Positions 1 through 12,079 of a DNA stretch of 64,000 bases are shown one piece after another. Source of the stretch: Vicugna vicugna (lineage: Eukaryota); contig MU061579.1 of assembly GCA_013265495.1 (NCBI GenBank), positions 3,851,749 to 3,915,748 of the forward strand, in the 5' to 3' direction. Numbering within the stretch: position 1 is the stretch's first letter; each line of letters starts with the position of its first letter. The notes below the pieces were generated by a model that ran no database searches, was not told the DNA's origin, and saw only the letters and a list, made by a program, of their open reading frames with translations. The position numbers and the translations under genes are program-made.

Positions 1-605
1 TCGTCTGGAAGAGTTTGAGAAGGACTGGTATGAGTTCTTCTTTGTATGTTTGGTAGAATTCCCCGGTGAAGCCGTCTGGTCCTGGACTTTATTTGTAGGG
101 AGGGTTTTTTATTGCTATTTCTATTTCCTTTCTAGTGAGCAGATTGTTCAAGTGTTCAGATTCTTCTTGATTCAGTTTTGGTGGACAGTATGTTTCCAGA
201 AACTTGTCCATCTCCTCTAGGTTATCCAGTTTGGCTCCATATAGTTTTTCATAATATTCTCGTATGATATTCTGTATTTCTATTTTGTTTGTTGTAATTT
301 CTCCATTTTCCTTTCTTATTTTGCTAATTTGTGCTCTCTCTTTTTTCTTCTTTGTGAGTTTGTCCAGAGGTTTGTCGATTTTATTTTCTTTTTCAAAAAA
401 CCAGCTTTTGGTTTGGTTGATTTTTTCTATGGTCTTGTTAATCTCTATTGTATTTAATTCCTCTCTGATCTTTATTATTTCCTTCCTTCTGCTGCTTTTT
501 GGGGCTTTTTGTTCTTCTTTTTCTAATTCATTCAGGTGGTGGGTTAAATTGTTTATTTGAGACTGTTCTTCTTTTTTGAGGAAGGCCTGTATCGCTATAA
601 ACTTC
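1..605 (-). mobile_element. Young LINE-1 fragment, 5'-truncated within ORF2 (region between endonuclease and RT); continues beyond the left edge of the window
   Basis: Minus ORF 89-607 reads KSWFFEK..IDKPL..IIREYYEKLY..LDNLEEMDKFLE. After the TAA it continues in frame as SPGPDGFTGEFYQTYKEELIPVLLKLFQT, typical L1 ORF2p. CpGs are retained. Confidence 0.97.
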
Positions 606-700
606 ACAAGGGCAAGGATTTTGTCTCTTTGTTTCCAGCTTTATTTCCAGTGCCTAGAACAATGTCTGACACTATCTTGCTATATATGTTAAATGAATTA
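598..700 (+). mobile_element. L2 3' end fragment interrupted by the L1 above
   Basis: agggcaaggattttgtctctttgtt...ccagtgcctagaacaatgtctgacac...aaatgaat resembles the L2a 3' terminus. Confidence 0.75.
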
Positions 701-899
701 ACAGTTCAAAAACAGTATGGGTTCATATGCTCTAATTGTGGCATCTGGAACTCTGGAAGATGAGCATGGATGCAAGAGTGGTTTAATATAGAAATTTTCC
801 TGTCAGTAGGGAGAATTCCAAAGCTTGAAAAATTAGTAGAGCTTTAGAAGACAGAGCAGTGGGGATACAGCTCTTAGACAAAAGAGTCATTCTGAAACC

Positions 900-1375
900 A
901 AGGAGGTGAGAGATAATGTGATGGAGAAGAAATTAATGGAAAGTGATGGAGAGAGAATGGAAATTATCAAAAGCCAGATCACAAAGGACTCTGGATGCTG
1001 ACCTGTTTAGAGCCTAAAAGCTACAAAGAGCCATGGAAGATTTTTAAATGGGAAAAGGGATACTATCTGATTTTTATATTTGAAAAATAATTCCTTAGCT
1101 AGAAAGAGGAGTGACTGGAGAGGAGCCAGACTGGAGATAGACAGAATGACAAGGTGGCAGTGTAGCAAGAGAGAGCCTGGACTAAGGCAGACAGTGTCAG
1201 TGGGGATGAAGAGAAGCAAAATAACCACTGAGATGGTAAGAAGATATAATCTATAAGACTTTATGAGTTAATCAAAGTGATGGCAGTGTGAGAGGAATCA
1301 AGGATGACTCTGGGTTGACAGCTTGGCAAGCAACTTGATGATGATACCATTCACTGAGAGAAGAAATGCAGTAGA
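900..1375 (-). mobile_element. L2 fragment
   Basis: gagccatggaagatttttaa...atctgatttttatatttgaaaaat...gatgactctggg...ccattcactgaga, typical of antisense L2 RT/3' region. Confidence 0.75.
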
Positions 1376-1582
1376 ATAAAAGACTTTTTAAAATAAAATA
1401 ATTCAGAAAACCTACATGTGTCCTCTAAAACTTAGAAGACAAAGGGAATTGCACTTGATCTGTGTCTGACAATTTCCAAAGACAAACTATTATTTCATTG
1501 ATGATAGCGGAGATGTGGGCATTTGCCATGGAGCCATTTGGGGACCCTCTGACAGCAGTCTTTAAGTAATATTGAAAGATAC

Positions 1583-2060
1583 ATGTTGCTGCAAATGGCA
1601 ACATGGATGTTCCTGGAGAATGTCATTCTAAGTGAAGTAAGCCAGAAAGAGAAAGAAAAATACTGTATGAGATCACTCATATGTGGAATCTAAAGAAAAA
1701 ATAACATAAATACAAACCAGATACAGATTCATAGAAATAGAATACAAACTTGTGGTTGCCAAGGGGGAAGGGGATGGGAAGGGACAGACTGGGAGTTCAA
1801 AATTTGTAGATAGTAACAGGCATGTGTAGAACTGATAAACAAGATTATACTGTATAGCACAGGGAAATATATACGAGATCTTGTGGTAGCTCACAGTGAA
1901 AAAAAATGTGACAATGAATATGTGTATGTTCATGTATAACTGAAAAATTGTGCTCTACACTGGAATTTGACACAACATTGTAAAATGACTATAACTCAAT
2001 AAAAAGAAGTTTAAAAAAAAGAAAGAAAAGGCAAGTGAAAAATGAAGGAAAAAAAAAAAA
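1583..2060 (+). mobile_element. 5'-truncated L1 3' end (camelid-type 3' UTR) with an 18-bp 5' inversion, poly(A) and 9-bp TSD
   Basis: ORF2 end (gcaacatggatg..ctaagtgaagtaagccag), 3' UTR, AATAAA near 1998, A-tail to 2060. TSD gaaagatac at 1574-1582 and 2061-2069. Confidence 0.93.
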
Positions 2061-3387
2061 GAAAGATACTTAGCTAAGAGTACTTCTTGCCAGCAGTAAG
2101 GAAAACTCATTAGAAAGAGGCTGAAGGTATAGACCTGTGGTGAGTTTAAGGAAGTCAGGAAGAAGTACTGCTCATGCCAGGAAATTGAAAGCAGAGGTCC
2201 CCAGTGGTATGGGAGGATGAGAGAACCTCTGAAGAATTCCATGAAAATTATTTTCATGGGACAAAGAAAGAGTACCAAAATGCTGGATTAGTACTGCTCC
2301 AGTGCAAACATACAACTCCCAAGTTGTGAGTAAAATACAGTTTTATTTATTTATAAAATTATTTAGCCTCCCACTGTCACATTAAAATTTATTCATGAAA
2401 GTAATCTCTATGCCACTGGATGAAAACTTCCCAAACTCTTAGGCAATAAACAATGCTATTCCCTCTTTGATGCAGAGTCTCCATCCTGAAACTAGATATA
2501 TTATCCTGCTGAAGAGAGTAATCAATAATTATTTAATTATAAGAAATCTCCCAGTAATCACACCCTCATCCCCATACCCTGAAATTGGTAGCTCTTGGCA
2601 TTTGAGGGAGGAGTATATAATCTTTCTGCTGTCTCCCCCTGATTCTGGTTACATCTTCTCCTGTAGTAGGTGGATGAGATGAGGTGTAGACTGCATGATT
2701 GCTAGTGGTTAAAACAGCTTATTTTTTATATTCAGAAATTCCAAACTCTGGGCATCTCTTACTCTTATTAAGGGTGAATGCATTTCTATTTTAAGTGCTT
2801 GTTCAGTCCCCAATATTTCAGCTTTCACTAGCAGTTTCCTGATGCTGGAGTCTCTCCACTTCTCTCATTGAATTTTGTATAGGAAACTACAGACTCTCAC
2901 ACCAGTTTTATCTCTTGCAGGTTCACCTCTGATTCTCAGAAAATACTAACACATTTCCTGAATCAACAAATTCTGAGAGAACTTGCCCATCTCAATCAGC
3001 TTACATTTTACTCTCATGTGTTGCCAGTGGCTGTCAGCCCCCAGTCCAAGGTGACCCCCAAGTTCAGGAAAACAAAGTAAGCTCTCTGAAACAAATTAAA
3101 GAGGTGACTTGAAGAAGAGAACTTTGAACTTTGGGAAGCCAGATTTTAAAACATAATAATAATAAAGACTAGTATCTGCTGAATAGGCATCTCAAATAAG
3201 GGGCACAGTATCTAAAATTTCTAATACACTTCCCTTAGATTATTGTAACTCACAGTAGAGTTTGAGTGAGATTAGCTTATCCACAGCTTTCCCTTTTTCT
3301 CTCCTTTAAAAAGAAATTCACTTATCTCTTCATTTGTCATCAGTTTTAAGACACATAACAACAACAACAACAAAATGGTGCATACAA

Positions 3388-3844
3388 TGTGGTCCCTTCG
3401 GACATCCTGTCTCCTGTTACTGAGTAATTTCTAGAGCTAGTCACATAGGTAAGTAATTAACCAAGAGAACAGCAGCATGACTATCATAAAATTACTTATT
3501 CCCAGTGGGTAGGTGACTGGCTTGTTGCAATTTCCTACAACGTTTGCTATCTTCTTAAAATAAGTGCTTGGCCTTTGGACATGAGTTCTTCATTTGTGAC
3601 AGAAACCCCCTGCATAAACAGTGCCCACCTGGGCCCAATGTCTCACCCAAGGGGGACCTGTGGGCGAGGGAAAACAATGCAAATATGCTGATATCTGTGT
3701 CATCTGCTAGGCTGTGAGTAATCACTTCCTTTGTCTCTGATCCAGAGGTCTTGCATTTTCTCTCAGAATCCACAAAACTGCTAAGCTAAATTTGTAGCTT
3801 AAGAAGTAGGGTGAAAAATCTCAGAAATTTTAGAGTTCCTGATA
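3388..3844 (+). mobile_element. ERVL LTR, LTR40-like
   Basis: 3' end gctgtgagtaat..cctttgtctctgatccag..gctaaatttgtagcttaagaagtagggtgaaaaatctcaga..gttcctgata matches recalled LTR40. The 5' boundary is uncertain. Confidence 0.7.
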
Positions 3845-3957
3845 TACTCCTTAACCAGTATGAATAAAAGGCTATTTTCAGATTGAGATTAAAAATTTTG
3901 AGTTCACTTCTCAGATAAATCCACAAAAACAAAAACTGTTATATAAAGTTTAAGCAA

Positions 3958-4430
3958 TGTGTTAGCTTCTTATTACTCTGTGACTAATTACCACAAAAGC
4001 ACAGCGGCTAAAAGAACATAAATTTATTAGCATATAGTTCAAGAAGCCAGAAGTCCAAAATTAATCCCAATAGGCTAACGTCAAGGCATTGGCAATTTAG
4101 AGACTCTTGAAGTGAGTTGGATTTTTTGCACTTTCTAGTTTCTAGGGGCTGTCCTGATCCTTGGGTCATGGCCTCTTGTTCACAGTTAAATCACTCCAAC
4201 CTCTGTCTCTGTAGCCATATTTCCTACTTCTCACTCTGACCTTCTGCCTTTCTCTTATAAGGATCCTTGTGATTACACTGGGCCTGGATAATCCAGGGTA
4301 ATCTTCCCAACTCAAGATCCATAACTCAATCACATTTGCCTAGTTCCTTTGCATTGTACGACAACATCTTCACAGGTTCTGGAGATTAGGACATAGACAA
4401 TTCTGAGGGGCCATTATTTAGTCTACCACA
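3958..4430 (-). mobile_element. MaLR LTR, MLT1D-like
   Basis: tg...ca ends. ctcttataaggatccttgtgattacactgggcc..ggataatccagggtaatcttccc..ggggccattatttagtctaccaca is the reverse complement of the MLT1D 5' part. Confidence 0.88.
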
Positions 4431-4649
4431 AGGTATTCAAGTCTGCTCTGGGCCCCATAGTGGTCGAAACTAGATCACACAGAGAAAATTTAAAGAGAAA
4501 TCCTTAGGGAAGTCACAGACCTTTCCAGGGGGCCTGAGGTTCTAAGAATAAGAAATAAAGCTTTATACACAGGGACTCAGAGCATAATCAGGACTTAGCT
4601 GCATCATATATAACACAGCATCATGAAGGAAACTGTGATATTTTACCCA

Positions 4650-4850
4650 CAGCACTAGAGATAGGATAGACATATGATCACAAGAATCTGAATTCTATCC
4701 ATATGGGTACTTGTGTGTTCTCGATGAGACTATGTAACCTATGTTTTCTAACCTAATTGGTTCATCTATTAAAAGGAATCAATACCTCTGATTGAACTTT
4801 TATGAGAAGCAATTTGGTAAAAACACATTATTAATTATAATGTTAAGCAA
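4650..4850 (+). mobile_element. Degraded MIR
   Basis: Weak core-like ttcatctattaaaaggaatcaatacct. Confidence 0.4.
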
Positions 4851-5154
4851 ATACATAATTTGTATCGTGTTATTTCAGTATTATAATTTGGTTTAGAATT
4901 TATTTCTATTATGTATTACATTGTTATGGAAAGAAATACTACTGTAAATTATAATCAATATCTAAATTGATAATGTAATCTTTAATTTAAAAGTTATTGA
5001 AGTCTCTGGTTCATATTTGTGGTGTGGAAACAATTATTTTTTAGAAATATTCAATATTCAGTTTTAATAAAATCATTTTATAGGATATTCAAAATATACA
5101 GAGGACAGTAAAACAAAGAATTATATTACAAATAATATTTGCAGACTCCCTTCA

Positions 5155-5518
5155 TGTTACAGATAGAATATCTATGCCCCCTTAAAGAACTCAGATGTTG
5201 AAATCCTAACTCCTAGTGTGACGGTACCAGGATATGAGGCTTCTGGGTGGTGATTAGGGCACAAGGGCAGAGCCCTCATGAATGGAATGAGTGTCATTTT
5301 AAAAGAGACCCCCGAGAGGCCTCTTGCCCCTTCCACCATGTGAGGACATAACAGAATGTCATCTCTGTATTAACCACAAAGTAGACAGCACTAGACACTG
5401 AATCTGCCAGTGCCCTGATCTTGGACTTCCCAGCCTCTGAAACTGTGAGAAATTATATTGCTTTTAAGCCACGCAGTCTATGGTATTTTTGTTTTAGCAC
5501 CCTAAGTGGACTAAGACA
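5155..5518 (+). mobile_element. MaLR LTR, MLT1A0-like, full length
   Basis: tgtta...gttgaaatcctaactcc...agagccctcatgaatgg...ttccaccatgtgaggaca...atcttggacttcccagcctc...ggactaagaca. Confidence 0.9.
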
Positions 5519-5829
5519 CCACACTGTTAAATAAAAACATATGTACCTTTGTCCCATGGGGGCATCAATGATAGAATAATCATATGTGTACAGAAATTTT
5601 TAAGAAACCTTTAGAAAATTCAAGAACACCTTCCTCTTTAGCCTCATAATTTGTAGTTTTCTAATGTCTACTGGGATAATTCTGATACAAAGGAACTCAC
5701 CACTAAAGGAAATAAATAGAAAATAAATACCATTTAATAGTGAGAGCTATATTTGCATAGTAATGATGAGTTCAGTCTCACATCATACATGCCTCATATT
5801 CCTTTGTACATTATATTTTAATAATCTGA

Positions 5830-6600
5830 GCAGTCATTGGTCTTCCCTAATAAAGTGTAGGCTCTTTAAATCAGAAGCAGTATTTTCTTCATCCTTCTAT
5901 CCTCAGGTCCTGGTACAAAGCATTCTTTAAAAGGAATTTCTGAATGAAAACATTAAGATATTATGAAATAATTGTTCTCAGAAATTAAATATTGGCATAG
6001 TTATCAATATTAGGTAATGAACAAGACAATTAAATAATGAAAGTGATGAATTGGCAAAGGTGGCTTAGTGTTTGAACGCAGAACAAATTCAATGAGATGA
6101 AGATGAGAAACTTAAAAAATATTTCTCTAAATGAGACTCATAGTTACAGGAACTTAGACTAAGGTGGCAGCAATGGATGTAAATAGTCCTCTGGGACATA
6201 CTGTAGAAGAAGAATGGATTGTCCTGAATGACTACGTGAATAAATGAAATGAAGAAAATAATTAAATGTGAGATCCTGTTCCTAAGGATGTTGCTGAAGA
6301 AGACTTATAGTATTATTGACATAAATGTAGGAATTAAGAAGCATTTTGTATTAGGAATAAAATATCAAATATTAGTGTTTGGATTTTGAGACAACACTCA
6401 GGCATTCAAATGTAAATTTCTTTCTCTAAATTTGGAAATATAGGAGTAGAGGATTAATTAAAATAAAAATCAACATGTAGAGTTTTACTGAAGCAGCAAC
6501 AGCTGTATTGTGAGCCTAGATTAATTGGGGGGAATTATGAACAGCACATTTTCAAAAGCAGAGGAATCAACATTGAGCTCTGACTTAGAGACTGGAAATG
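5830..6600. mobile_element. Highly degraded L2 pieces (short + 3' end ~5830-5950; minus fragment ~6050-6600)
   Basis: L2-like phrases (gtaggctcttt..ttcatccttctatcctc; gacaacactcaggcattcaaatg). Confidence 0.45.
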
Positions 6601-8554
6601 CTACCATTTATTGAATGTGTAGTGTGTGCCAACTACAGACAGGAACTGGGGTCTAGAGAGGATAAGGGAGTTGCCTGTGATCACACGACTACTAAATGCT
6701 ATCAAATAGAAGATCCAGGATTCATCCTCACTCCATTTCAAAATCTCCTTTTCCTCACCAATTCTAACAAAGGTAACACATGGAAAAGACAGAAAAAGAA
6801 AGGTAAATCCAGGTTTTAACACAGATGAGTATTTTAAGAATGGGTTATTAAATGTATAGGTTGATACGTGAAGAAAAAGTTGAAGATGATGAAAATGAAA
6901 TGTGATACAAGGATCAAGCTGTCCTTGAGTGGCCATGCCTGTAAAATCATATCACTGTTTTCTGGCCATCATTATGTAATAAGTAGGTTATCCACGGATC
7001 GTCTAGTGATTAAAGTTCTTAAGTTTCATAAACAGTCTTCCCCAGAAGTGCTTCTAGCAAATTTGTCTTGAAAGATTTCCATATCCCTGCACACTCAAGG
7101 TCTCATGTAACTGACAGGATACTGACAGGGGCAATTTTAAACTGTTAAAAGACTGCTGTATTTGATTTTTCCCTGTGTTGATTTCAGCAAAAGAGGAGGA
7201 AATGTTCATTATGCCAAAAAGAATGTAAAACACAAAACATGATGCCAGTTTCTGAGACTTTTCCATCCAAGTTTTCTCCTACCAAATGACAGGAATATGT
7301 CAAAATTATAGTCAGGGAAAACGAAGTAAATGTTGGTTGATCTCAAGCTAAGGAAGTAGTTACCGTTAACAAGCTTTGCAATTTTACAAACCCCTATTTA
7401 TGTATAACAGAACATGATTTTATATTAGCCAGAAAAGATGACAGGGAAAGGGGTAATATTCACTGCCATAAAAATGATCTTCACTTATATGGGGCAGGTT
7501 TTATTCTTTGATTTTGAATTTGATTTAATGTTCAACCTAATGAAAATGCTGCAGCAAATAAAATGCACTTCCACTGCACAATCATTTGTGATTTTGTATG
7601 AATTAGCTTTGAATAAATTCAGTTCTTCATAAATGAAGTTATTTAGTTGTCCAACATTAAACTGCTCACTATATTGTGAACAACAGAAGAGAAAAGGATA
7701 ATCTAGAACAGTATTAAGAAAAAAAAAGTTCAGTAAGGGAAAATGCAAGGTTTAGTCAAAACAGACAATTGGGAACAAATGGCAAGGAGCAAAATACACT
7801 AATTGAAAACCAGGCAGGAAATTTTTCCATTTCTTCCTTTTTTAGTGCACTGATTAAAAAAAAATAGTTAATTAGCACACATCACCAGATCTACTCCACA
7901 CTGGGAGTTTAACCTTGTAATTTTGTCATTTTTTTCCAGAGAAGCGGGGTGTTTAATGAAAGCACCATTAAGTTATAAATGCATAATGATGTGTATTGTC
8001 GATAGACCGGAGACTATTCAAAACATTCCTTTGTAAATGTTGCATGTTTCCAGCATTTATCTACCACTTCATGTTTACCAAGTGCTTTATTCTGATTCAA
8101 AAATCTATTTCTCAAAATCATGTGGAATGTATTTTTTTAAAGGCTATTAGAACACACAATGGTGACACTTCTCTTTGGTTTATTTTTACTAACAGTTTAT
8201 ATCATTTACATTATTTAACCACGATTACTTCCAATGATATTGGAAAGTGCTGCAATTCTGCAGCATCCACTAGAACATCCTGACTCAATTCTTATTTATC
8301 TGTTGTCTATTGTGAGAAGCATGAATGTACGTGCTGGGTCCTTATCTTTTCAGAGACTTTACATCTATCTGAGGAATCAGATTTCCTATCATGTGTGTTG
8401 AACTGTAAAACAAGGCAGTTGAATCTCAGGCAGCTTCTTAGACCTACATTGATGCAGGATTTCTTGAGGCATGCCCTCTGGCATTCACTACCACACTCAA
8501 AATAGCCCCAACTTAATCACCCAGGGAAGAAATAACTGCATGCAGATGACTCAC

Positions 8555-8800
8555 AATAATAAAAGGCAGCATTAGTCGAGCATGCTTTCTGCATCAGACA
8601 TTGTGTTAAGCATGTTTATCGAGTATTCAGCCTTTGGTGGCTCATCATAACTCCATGAGGCAGCTGTTATAATTATTCCCCATTTTTAGATGAGAAAACT
8701 GAGTTTTACAGAGTCTAAATTGCCCAACATTGTATAACTAGATGAGCTGGAGCTGGTATTCACATTCACATAGCCTGAATCCAGACTCTTTAATCTAGTG
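8555..8800 (-). mobile_element. MIR SINE
   Basis: attattccccatttttagatgagaaaactgag is the MIR core in antisense. Confidence 0.88.
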
Positions 8801-9022
8801 AAATATACTTCCTCCCCATTTCATTGGGGACCTGGAATGCCTCACCCTAGTGACTATTTAAACAAGCACTGTTTTAGTTTAGCTATCCTTCTATTCCCCT
8901 AGTTACAATAAAGAGGACAAGCAGAGCCAGGATTATTCCTTTAGGTTGAAAAAATAATTTCCCACCTACTTTTGTCTGTCAGGATTCGCCTCACACACTT
9001 TGGCTTATGATGCACCTGAGCT

Positions 9023-9046
9023 GACAGACAGACAGACAGACAGACA
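9023..9046. repeat. (GACA)n microsatellite
   Basis: gacagacagacagacagacagaca. Confidence 0.9.
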
Positions 9047-11014
9047 CAAAATAATCCAGTCAGAACTGTTTAAGCTTTGCCCAGCCTCTGTATATAGTCA
9101 GGAGGGCAGCTGTTCCTGTGATGGCAGATTCTCTGGGGATGCCTTGGCTGTGACTACCCATATGATTATGATCGCAGATTTCAGCCTGGCAAAGCGAGAG
9201 CATATTCTGACCAGTGCAAGTGGAAGGAGACAGGGTCATGCATTCAGAGTATTGGGGAATTATACAATTTCAGAGTTGGAAAGGCTCAAAAAGTTTCCCA
9301 TCTCTTCATATTAACACTATCTGACCCAATTCAAAATGATCATTATGCATCCCATCACAGCAGAAAGGGGAGAAAGCCTTTGTTAACTGGGCTGCTCAGA
9401 ATGTTCTAATTATTTTAACTGTAGTATCTAGTTGTCTTTTGTGGTCTGACTGTTATATGTTGCAAAGGTGGGGGGTAAAGTTACAATATGTTATATAGGA
9501 AGGGACAGATAACACAAAGACAGCACTGACTCAGGGATATCACCTCAGATGGTGGTGGGTCTTGCTCTCTCTTGCTTCAATTGCTAATACATTCTTACAG
9601 TCCAATCTAGGTACCAAGCCAACCCTAACAAACCTGGCAGCAGTATTTTGAGCTCTATTACCGCCTTGCTGTATTGTTGTGGGCCACAGATGCCGACAAG
9701 CTAAAAGAGTTGTAGTTTTCACTCCTGCCACTTTTCCTTTGCGAAGTTTCACTCCCTTGACAGAGATTTAGCCCCTGCTGTTTTCACCCAGTCTCTCAAA
9801 TGGGGCTTGTGTCTGGACTGCGTTCTCTTTATGAGTTTTTCCACATTAGGTCTGAATCTTGCCTTCAACCCCAGGGCATTTGGCTAGGATACCCACAAAA
9901 TAACTTCTAGAATTTGAGCTTTTGATTTCTGACTCCCAAGTCATCATACTATTACTGATTCTGATTTACCTTAGATGGACCTATTACACCATGGCTCTCT
10001 CACCTCACAATATTTATTGCTTCAACAATATCCTCCTTGTTATCCTTCAGCTCTTGGACAGTGCCACAAGCTCACAATGGGCAACAGTTCCTCTTTACGA
10101 CCTGGTCTAATGTTCACATACTTTTGAGGCTTTTCATAATGGCAGATTTTCCTCTTAGATCCAGTCTTACCTTTTATTTTCACTGGTTGTCCATCACTTG
10201 GGTTTCAATGTGCTTTTTTCAAATGTTCTTTTTTTTCAATGTTCTTTTTCAAAATTGATAGTAGGCCATTTCTTATTATTCTTTCTAACTATAAAAAACG
10301 TATTTTTAATATTCCTCTGGACATAAAAGGAGGGTTCAACCTCAGGAAAAATCCAATAAAACATGTTATGCCCAAGTGCAATCTCCACAAAAATTATGAC
10401 AGCAATAACTTTTTCTTCTGAAATGTATTTCCAATTTTTTGGAATAATCTTCTTGTTTTAAGGAAAATCCTTAATCCTATCAGCTAAGAGGTTTTAATAG
10501 ATGGCTTTTAAGCCTTTGGTATTATCCAAAAATAATCTATTTAGGAATAAAAGTGGCATTAAGAAAGTGGTTGAAGAGGCTTTGCCTCAACTTTCCGTAG
10601 TGCATCAGTCTCTGTACACTTAAAGAAATGAACTGCCTTTAAATAGTCTAATGGCTTTTAGAGGCACTCTAGTAAAACAGCACTTCCTTTCAGTTATTTG
10701 ATGCACTAAATGTATTTCTGCTCCAGTAGTTTCACGTTAAGTGTTCCTTTCTCCTAAATTGTTTTTCTATTTGCATATATATCTCTATAGCTATAGATGT
10801 ATAGTACATTTTGCACAACTAAAGAAAAGTAGTTTAAATCTAGAAAGTTCAAATGTAAGAAGTGTAGTCCCCAGCAACTCTTCACTATGTCTTCCCAAAT
10901 TGCTTTTTTTTTTTCTAATTCAGGACTTCTGTTTATTTCAAGTGGTCTTCATTTTTATTACTTGAATTTTATGTTTATAGTGATTAATCTCAAATGTTCA
11001 TTCAAATACTTATC

Positions 11015-11380
11015 ATTAACAGTTAATTTTTAGTGAATACTTTATTAGTGGCTGATACTGCTCTAAGTACTTACATGTATTAATTTATTTAATACTCTCA
11101 AGAACTCTTTAGAGTAGGTGCTATTATTATCCTCATTTGATTGGTTAAAAAAAAGGAAAGAGGAGTTAAATAACGTGTACATAGTTGGACTGATAGAGGA
11201 GGAAACTGCATCCATCAAACCTGGTTCTGAAGTCAGACCTCATAGCATTAGCCCCTGCGCTATTTTGTTGAAGAGCAGAGAATCTTCGTAACTCACTGAA
11301 GGCCACCTAAATAGTGTTTGATACAAGGGGGATTTCAATCCAAGTTTCCCAACTCCAATTCCAGCACTGTTTATTTTCCT
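11015..11380 (-). mobile_element. MIR SINE plus a second partial MIR 5' part
   Basis: ctctaagtacttacatgtattaatttatttaatactctcaagaactc..gtaggtgctattattatcctcattt. Confidence 0.75.
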
Positions 11381-12079
11381 GTGAAACTTTTCATAATAAA
11401 CTGCTTCTCATAATGCTATAAGAAACTCGGCACTCCCTGCTGTGATCCTAGAAGTGGGCATTTCAAAATACTTTTGTCAAGAGGGATATCAAGAAACCTT
11501 TTCTAGCACTTTCCCCATCACCACCAGTTACATCCTCAATTGGAGAAATTCATTAGGGAATATTTTGTCAATACAGAACCTTTGCAGAAGGATAAACATG
11601 TCTGGACTGGGGTAGGGGAAGGAAGTTCTTTTTCTCTTTAGCCGGTGTGTTCTGGATTGGTCTCTCTTTGCTAGTAGATAATGTGGGTGCTGGAAGCAAA
11701 TGGCAGATATTCTAGTTATTATTATCCTAGATTTAGCTAAAAGGAAAAGATGAATGTGAGAACCAATGAAGGTATTTCTTATTTATTTCAAAGAGTAATG
11801 CATGACTCTCAGATCAAAATTCAACACCAGAGGTCTATGCTAGCACATTTGAGACACTGCCATGTGACACTTTTTTATATATTTACACATCTAGTATGCA
11901 TTAAGCACTATATCAAACACTAGGTGTAAAAAGAGAGAGAGAAATAGAACATGGATTTTATTCTGCTTTCATCAGTAAGATATGAGGGGGGAAATGTTAC
12001 AAGTTTGGAGGAAGGTCATGCTGCCTCCTGACAGAGAACAAGAAGAAACTCTGAATACTTAACTATTAGACTTCTTTAT

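Noticed and set aside
264..560. 98-aa hydrophobic + strand ORF resembling a membrane protein
   Set aside because: It is the antisense of A-rich L1 ORF2; T-rich codons give F/L/I/S artefactually.
2239..2259. Palindrome ccatgaaaat-t-attttcatgg (and similar 7-bp-arm hairpins at ~8248 and ~56218)
   Set aside because: Short and AT-rich; a few are expected by chance in 64 kb, and there is no miRNA-length stem.
1495..2278. Cluster of minus-strand ORFs (61-107 aa)
   Set aside because: They overlap the antisense L1 3' UTR and poly(A) tail; no protein similarity recognised.
9683..9698. gccacagatgccgac as a CTCF site
   Set aside because: Needs an indel and a mismatch relative to the CCASYAGRKGGC core.
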